A stretch of 64,000 nt of DNA from a bacterium (lineage in GTDB: Bacteria > Cyanobacteriota > Vampirovibrionia > Gastranaerophilales > JBAXKC01): the NCBI GenBank assembly GCA_037137535.1, contig JBAXKC010000001.1, positions 128,001 through 192,000 of the forward strand. The letters are read 5' to 3'. The notes beneath the pieces were generated by a model, which did not search any database, was not told the DNA's origin, and saw nothing but the letters and a program-made list of their open reading frames with translations. Numbering within the stretch: position 1 is the stretch's first letter; the number at the start of each line of letters is the position of its first letter. A program made the translations under genes and the position numbers. Positions 58,406-64,000 of this stretch are shown one piece after another.

Positions 58406-59570
58406 AGAGTTTTATTCTATTCTTCAATCTGAACTGTTGTCAATTGAAGAAAAAAAACTGCTGAGAACGATTAAAGAGCATAGCCAGAATGAAGGCGCAT
58501 GGGTCAATCTTAACGGCAAAAAAGTATTGCAGTTCTGCTCAAATGATTATTTAGGATTATCAAAAGATAAGCGATTATTAGATTCTATTATTGAAGCGGT
58601 CAACACTTACGGACATGGATCAACAGGCTCTAGGCTTATTACAGGAACACATACGCCACATGTAAAGCTTGAAGAAAAACTTGCAGAACTAAAAAAAACT
58701 GAGTCTTCTCTTGTATTTTCATGTGGATATTCGGCAAATATAGGCATACTTTCAGCCATATTAACAGAACAAGATGCTGTTTATTCCGATGAATTAAACC
58801 ATGCCAGTATAATTGACGGTATAAAACTTTCAAAAGCTCAAAAATATATCTATAAACATTGTGATATGGAGCATTTAGACGAAATATTAAGCCAAAACAC
58901 AAATAAACATAGACTAAATATAATTATTACAGATTCTATCTTTAGTATGGACGGAGATAGAGCGCCATTAAAAGAAATAGTAAACTTAAAAAAGAAATAT
59001 AATACTGTTTTATACGTTGATGAAGCCCATTCTTTCGGAATATACGGAAAAAGCGGTGAGGGACTTCTAGGCGAGCTTGATTTATCCGATCAGGCAGAAA
59101 TACAAATGGGAACTTTAAGCAAAGCCATCGGCTCAGAGGGTGGCTATGTGGCAGGGAATAATACTTTAATAAACTACCTCATCAATAAATCGAGATCCTT
59201 TATTTTTTCGACAGCTCCTTCTATTGCAACTGCGGCCGCCTCTTTAAAAGCAATAGAAATAATCGAAGAAAATCCTAAACTTAGAGAAAACTTTATTTCA
59301 AACATTAAATATTTTTCTGAAGGCTTAAAAGATATAGAAACTCAAAAAAACTTCCGATTATTACCGCAAGACTCTGCTATATTTGCCATTGAGTTCGGAA
59401 ATATTGAAAAAACTCTAAAAATATCTCATAATTTATTAGACAATTATAATATTCAAGCAGTAGCAATAAGACCTCCCACAGTTAAACAACCTGTAATAAG
59501 GTTTACGTTAAGTGCTTTACATTCAAAAAATGATATAGATTATCTGCTAAATTGTCTTTTAGAACAATAA
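58398..59570 (+). CDS. bioF: 8-amino-7-oxononanoate synthase
   Basis: SNDYLGL, GSRLITG, DELNHASIIDG, DEAH, GTLSKA, FIFSTA, AIRPPTV. Confidence 0.88.
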   Translation: MNKEFYSILQSELLSIEEKKLLRTIKEHSQNEGAWVNLNGKKVLQFCSNDYLGLSKDKRLLDSIIEAVNTYGHGSTGSRLITGTHTPHVKLEEKLAELKKTESSLVFSCGYSANIGILSAILTEQDAVYSDELNHASIIDGIKLSKAQKYIYKHCDMEHLDEILSQNTNKHRLNIIITDSIFSMDGDRAPLKEIVNLKKKYNTVLYVDEAHSFGIYGKSGEGLLGELDLSDQAEIQMGTLSKAIGSEGGYVAGNNTLINYLINKSRSFIFSTAPSIATAAASLKAIEIIEENPKLRENFISNIKYFSEGLKDIETQKNFRLLPQDSAIFAIEFGNIEKTLKISHNLLDNYNIQAVAIRPPTVKQPVIRFTLSALHSKNDIDYLLNCLLEQ

Positions 59571-59724
59571 ATTCTTCTAATCCAAATGAACTATGACAAG
59601 GTTATAAAAAAAACATAGAATGGATTGTAACTATAACTTTATAAAATCAATTTTTGTTAAAGTCCAAAGGCATTTTTGCCGAAATACAATAAATAGAAGT
59701 AGTTAGATTAGAAAAGGGAGCGCT

Positions 59725-60510
59725 ATGAAAATATTAATTTCCAACGATGATGGAATTCAGGCTTATGGAATAAGAGCGTTAGCGCAAAGGCTTGCTTTTG
59801 AACATGAGGTTTATGTTATAGCCCCTGATCGAGAAAGAAGCGCAGCAGGTCATGCACTTACTCTTCACAGACCACTAAGAGTTGAAGAAGTAAGCATGGG
59901 TTTTGATGTAGCAAGAGCTTGGGAAATTTCAGGAACTCCTGGTGATTGCGTCAAAATAGGAATAAGTGCTATTCTTGATATTATGCCTGATTTTGTTATT
60001 TCAGGTATAAATCACGGTCCTAATCTGGGTGCAGATATAATTTATTCGGGAACAGTAAGTGCCGCAATGGAAGGAGCTGTTTTAGGCTTTCCAAGTATAG
60101 CGATATCACATTGCAACACTAAACGTTTTGAGGCTCACGATTTTACTTATGCAGCAGACTTTATCGCTAAGTTTTTAAGTAATATTAAAAAAATAAACTT
60201 CCCTACAAAAACAATCTTAAATGTAAATATTCCTGCTATAAGTCCCGAAGAAGTTACAGGGCTTGAAATTACAAGACTTGGAACAAGAATGTACACCGAT
60301 GCTTACGAAAAACGTCTTGACCCGAGAGGAAAGGTTTATTACTGGTTAGCCGGCGAAATCATTGACACAGCAGAAGAAGAAGGTACAGACATTATGGCTA
60401 TAAGAAATAATAAAATTTCTATAACCCCTGTAACCTTTGAAATGACTAATAAAAATATCATGCCTGAGCTTGAACAGGCCTTTTGCGGCGGTGCTTGTCA
60501 ACTGTTCTAA
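59725..60510 (+). CDS. surE: 5'/3'-nucleotidase SurE
   Basis: ILISNDDG, GTPGDCV, SGINHGPN, YSGTVSAA. Confidence 0.97.
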   Translation: MKILISNDDGIQAYGIRALAQRLAFEHEVYVIAPDRERSAAGHALTLHRPLRVEEVSMGFDVARAWEISGTPGDCVKIGISAILDIMPDFVISGINHGPNLGADIIYSGTVSAAMEGAVLGFPSIAISHCNTKRFEAHDFTYAADFIAKFLSNIKKINFPTKTILNVNIPAISPEEVTGLEITRLGTRMYTDAYEKRLDPRGKVYYWLAGEIIDTAEEEGTDIMAIRNNKISITPVTFEMTNKNIMPELEQAFCGGACQLF

Positions 60511-60528
60511 CTAATGACAAATAAACAA

Positions 60529-60564
60529 AAATCCCCTGACAAATTAAAGATGGTCAGGGGATTT
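60529..60564. terminator. Terminator after surE
   Basis: AAATCCCCTGAC..GTCAGGGGATTT. Confidence 0.8.
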
Positions 60565-60672
60565 GTTTAAATTGATATTTTTATATTCTTTGCATAAAAT
60601 AAACAAACTACATATATTTCCACACAGTTAAAAATATACTCAATTAAAAACTAATTGTATAAAAGAGAAAAG

Positions 60673-61458
60673 ATGAAAAATAAAATTAAAAATATTCTTG
60701 AAAATATTGAAAAAGAAGAAAATATTAAAATTATTTTTGCCATTGAAAATGGCAGTAGAGCATGGAAAATGGAAAGCAAAGACAGCGATTATGATGTAAG
60801 ATTTGTCTTTGTTCGACCACTTCAAGAGTATATTCAAATTAATAAGCCTTGTGATGTTATAAATGATTTTTACAATAGCGATGGAATAAAAGATAGTCAA
60901 AAAGATGCTCTAATAGACATTAGCGGATTTGACATTTTTAAATATATGAAACTGCTTGCAAACTCTAATCCTACAACAATAGAATGGCTTATGTCCGATA
61001 TTATTTATTACGGAGAGAGAAAAGAATCACTTAAAGAATATGTTTTAAAGAACTTTAGCCCACTTACACTTTTTCATCATTATAAATCCTTGTGCAATAA
61101 TAATTACTCTGATTTTATTAAGAACACTTCAAAAGTTACATATAAAAAATATCTATATGCTTTTAGAGGATTAATAAATGCGTTATGGGTTTATCACAAT
61201 AAATCTGTTCCTTCTATTAACTTCATTGAAACAGTTGAACAAAGTGAATATTTATTAGGAAAAAATGTTTATTTAAAACTAAGAGAAATTATAGAGCTAA
61301 AATCACAAGGCAAAGAAAAAGATATAATTTCAAATATTGATTTTATTGATGAATATATTGAAAATTTTCTAAATACAAATTATGATAATTTAAATAAAAA
61401 TAATCTTGATATAGAAGAATTAAATAAAGAACTTAGAAAAATAGTGCTAAATTCTTAA
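60673..61458 (+). CDS. Pol-beta superfamily nucleotidyltransferase (YcgL/RlaP-like)
   Basis: ENGSRAW..DSDYDVRF, SNPTTIEWL, KKYLY. Confidence 0.88.
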   Translation: MKNKIKNILENIEKEENIKIIFAIENGSRAWKMESKDSDYDVRFVFVRPLQEYIQINKPCDVINDFYNSDGIKDSQKDALIDISGFDIFKYMKLLANSNPTTIEWLMSDIIYYGERKESLKEYVLKNFSPLTLFHHYKSLCNNNYSDFIKNTSKVTYKKYLYAFRGLINALWVYHNKSVPSINFIETVEQSEYLLGKNVYLKLREIIELKSQGKEKDIISNIDFIDEYIENFLNTNYDNLNKNNLDIEELNKELRKIVLNS

Positions 61459-61482
61459 TTTACAACAGAAACGAGCGCTTAA

Positions 61483-61953
61483 ATGATAATAACAATAATA
61501 GCCATCGGAAAAATAAAAGAAACTTTTCATAAAGAGGCTATAGATGAATTTCTTAAAAGACTGAAACCTTACCATCAAATAAAAATAAAAGAGCTTAACG
61601 CTGAACTTTTAAAGAATCCTAATGATGTTCAAAAATATATTGCAAATGAAGGCGAAAAAATCCTTGAAAATATTCCACAAAACGCATTTGTAATAACACT
61701 TGATTCAACAGGTAAATCTCTAACATCAGAAGATTTTGCCCAAAAATTTAATTTAATTACGCAAGAAGGATTTAATCATCTTGTTTTCATAATTGGTGGA
61801 GCTTATGGGCTGGCAGATGAAGTAAAACAAAGAGCCGACTTCCTTTTAAGTTTCTCAAAGATGACTTTTACCCATCAGATGATAAGAATATTTTTACTGG
61901 AACAAATATACAGAGCTATAAAAATATTAAACGGAGAACCATATCACAAATAA
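61483..61953 (+). CDS. rlmH: 23S rRNA m3-psi1915 methyltransferase
   Basis: IGKIKE, FIIGGAYG, SFSKMTFTHQMIR..EQIYRA..PYHK. Confidence 0.96.
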   Translation: MIITIIAIGKIKETFHKEAIDEFLKRLKPYHQIKIKELNAELLKNPNDVQKYIANEGEKILENIPQNAFVITLDSTGKSLTSEDFAQKFNLITQEGFNHLVFIIGGAYGLADEVKQRADFLLSFSKMTFTHQMIRIFLLEQIYRAIKILNGEPYHK

Positions 61954-61983
61954 AAATGGCTGTTAATTTAATACAGCCATTTT
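61953..61983. terminator. Bidirectional terminator
   Basis: AAAATGGCTGT..ACAGCCATTTT. Confidence 0.85.
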
Positions 61984-62006
61984 TAATTTTTTGATTAAAA
62001 CTATTA

Positions 62007-62249
62007 TTATCCTACAAGACCAGAATCATCGCTTTCGCTTGATTTTACCATAATAGCATGTTGAACCGGTTTTTCTTTTTTAGAATTACCAAAGCCCACT
62101 TCGTATTCATAACCGAAATCGCCCTGTGTTTTTCTTTGTTGAGCTTCGTCAACAAGTCTTTTTGCAAGTTCAGCTATTTCATATACAAGTGCATATTTGT
62201 TTTCTGACTTTTCATTAAGGTCTGATGCTATACGACAAATTTGATCCAT
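62007..62249 (-). CDS. rpoZ: RNA polymerase omega subunit (cyanobacterial/Ycf61-like)
   Basis: NKYALVYEIAELAKRL..KPVQHAI pattern; AGGAG RBS. Confidence 0.7.
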   Translation of the reverse strand: MDQICRIASDLNEKSENKYALVYEIAELAKRLVDEAQQRKTQGDFGYEYEVGFGNSKKEKPVQHAIMVKSSESDDSGLVG

Positions 62250-62530
62250 TTATTACTCTCCTGAAATTGATTGTTTGCTATGAAGTATTCAAATTATAAC
62301 TTAAAAACATTATGTTATCAAATATAAGTAAACCGCAATAGTAATTTATTATTCGATAGAACTATCTTGTTTATTAATTGACATAAAAACTTAATTTCCT
62401 CAAAATAACAAGACTAAGGTATAATTGACTTATTCTATATTAATTGCTTGATTTTATCTTAATTTTAATGAATTAAGTTTATAAATAAGTTATAGTAAAA
62501 TTAATACAGGTGGAGGAGTTGGGGGCACAA

Positions 62531-63661
62531 ATGAAAAAAATTATTTCATCGATTTTAATCCTTTCAATAATACTTTTAAATACTACAACAGCTTATGCAT
62601 TATCAACAGAAGAAGTTGCAAAAGCCTCTGACTCTAAAATAAAAACCATTGAAGGAAAAATTGAAGAAAATAACGAAATAGATAAAAAGAAAAATATTTT
62701 CACAGGCCAAACACAAGAAATAAAACAGGGAACTGCCATTAAAATGACGGTAACCTCAGTTTTAAGTTCAACCGTCAATCAAGAAGGAGATGAATTTTTT
62801 GCTGAAGTAACAAACGATCTTGATGCACCGGGAGGTGTTGCTATACCTCAAGGAACTATTGCTCATGGAAAAATTACCAAAGTAAGAAATGCTAAACGAT
62901 TAGGAAGAGATGCCTATATTTCATTAAATTTTGATTACCTTGTAACTCCGGACGGTCGTGAAATTCCTGTAAATGCAGAAATGAGTACTAAGCATCATGC
63001 TGTTACTTCCGTCGCTAAAGTAGCACTTGAAGATACGGCTTATACAATGGCTGGAGGAGTTATAGGCGGAATATTCGCATTAAAACTCTTTGGAATAGGC
63101 GGAGCAATTGCGAGTAACGGTTATACTGTAGCAGGTGGAGCAGGACTAGGTGCAGCAGTCGGTGTAACAGTTTCACTTGTAAGAAAAGGCTCTGATAAAC
63201 TTATTTCCCCAGGGGACGAAATAAAAGTAAAAATGGATTCCGGCATAAAAGTTCCGATTCTTACCGAAGAATCATTAAGACAAGATGAAACAAAGCTGGA
63301 TGGATTAAAAGTCGCTATCACTAATTGCCAATTAGAAAAAGACCCTTTTGGAGAGCCAAACACAATTACATTAAGTCTAAATATTGATAATAAAACCGAA
63401 AATACTTTTAGCAGTTTTGATATAGCATTAGTAAATGACTATAAGTCAGTCTTTTATGCTTCTCCTTTTTCAAATACTGATATGTGGTTTACTAAAATAG
63501 CTCCAAATACAAAATTAAACGGGAAACTTTCTTTTTCTGTTGATAATCCTAAAAGAAAGCATTGGTTAGTCTTTTACGATAGTATGACAAGAAAACCTCT
63601 TGCAAAAATCTCAATAGATAATGCACAAAAAGATCTTAGAAAGAAAAAAGCAAGTAAATAA
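62531..63661 (+). CDS. Exported protein with TrbI/VirB10-like beta domain, glycine zipper and Ig-like C-terminal domain
   Basis: Signal peptide; LSSTVNQEGDEF.A..AIPQGTIAHGKI; Gly-rich hydrophobic hairpin. Confidence 0.7.
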   Translation: MKKIISSILILSIILLNTTTAYALSTEEVAKASDSKIKTIEGKIEENNEIDKKKNIFTGQTQEIKQGTAIKMTVTSVLSSTVNQEGDEFFAEVTNDLDAPGGVAIPQGTIAHGKITKVRNAKRLGRDAYISLNFDYLVTPDGREIPVNAEMSTKHHAVTSVAKVALEDTAYTMAGGVIGGIFALKLFGIGGAIASNGYTVAGGAGLGAAVGVTVSLVRKGSDKLISPGDEIKVKMDSGIKVPILTEESLRQDETKLDGLKVAITNCQLEKDPFGEPNTITLSLNIDNKTENTFSSFDIALVNDYKSVFYASPFSNTDMWFTKIAPNTKLNGKLSFSVDNPKRKHWLVFYDSMTRKPLAKISIDNAQKDLRKKKASK

Positions 63662-64000
63662 TGAGCCAAATTTCTATAACTAAAAAAATAATCAATAAAA
63701 ACAATAAACAAATAGAAGTTTTTGTTGTTCCTGCAATGTCTTTTAATCAAGCAGACGGAACAATAAAAACTTTTCCGCATCCACATGGGAATAACTCGCT
63801 AACATTTGAATCTCTTGAAAAAGCAATAAACAGCATTGCTATTTCCGGCTATGACTATATAACAGCAGAAAGCTCAACTAATATAACCGCAAATACAGAT
63901 ACAAAGCCAAACTTCAAACTTGCAATCATTGAGCTGATAAAATTATTAAATGATAAAAGCCCCGAAGTAATAGCCTCTGCTGCTTATGCTCTCGGAGAAA
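63661..64000 (+). CDS. HEAT-repeat protein, 5' part only; runs off the window end
   Basis: TAATG overlap; open frame MSQISITKKII..LIKLLNDKSPEVIASAAYALGE. Confidence 0.8.
   Translation, partial: MSQISITKKIINKNNKQIEVFVVPAMSFNQADGTIKTFPHPHGNNSLTFESLEKAINSIAISGYDYITAESSTNITANTDTKPNFKLAIIELIKLLNDKSPEVIASAAYALGE

Noticed and set aside
63661-63700. Suspected frameshift in the A run at the start of the last gene
   Set aside because: The run has seven A and the frame is continuous
1-64000. CRISPR array, prophage, transposase, tRNA/rRNA; also many short antisense or nested ORFs in the track (e.g. 19067, 24101, 29992, 49526, 52332)
   Set aside because: No regularly spaced repeats or hallmark genes seen; the nested ORFs are shadows of well-supported genes

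Overview
AT-rich bacterial chromosomal window, most likely from a non-photosynthetic cyanobacterial relative (Melainabacteria/Vampirovibrionia). This is inferred from a short cyanobacterial-type S1 and a Ycf61-like omega subunit, alongside anaerobe-type genes (hydE, ppdK, split glutamate synthase) and no photosynthesis genes in the window. It is mostly housekeeping and envelope genes: rnpB, rpsA, ispH, hup, sucCD, nadK, tlyA, two Mla/MCE operons, lpxK, gmhA, two GT9 enzymes, bioF, surE, rlmH and rpoZ, interspersed with hypothetical genes. No CRISPR array, intact transposase, tRNA or rRNA was seen. The most notable signal is a pair of paralogous 27-28 aa Trp-rich micro-ORFs missing from the ORF track (50710-50796 and 51130-51213, minus strand). 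They share the C-terminal motif S[ST]NWL[KR]RVxWMxxLWGL-stop, each folds into a hairpin, and each ends just upstream of the next gene's RBS, making them candidate leader/arrest peptides. Other observations: apparent CTG starts for two adjacent genes, a Kelch gene split at a U-UUU-UUA heptamer, a dispersed structured non-coding motif in two copies, a candidate sRNA or small ORF near hup, an EDR1-like peptidase/pentapeptide fusion, and a tandem pseudophosphatase pair with one copy decayed. All calls are by-eye motif recognition; no database searches were run.
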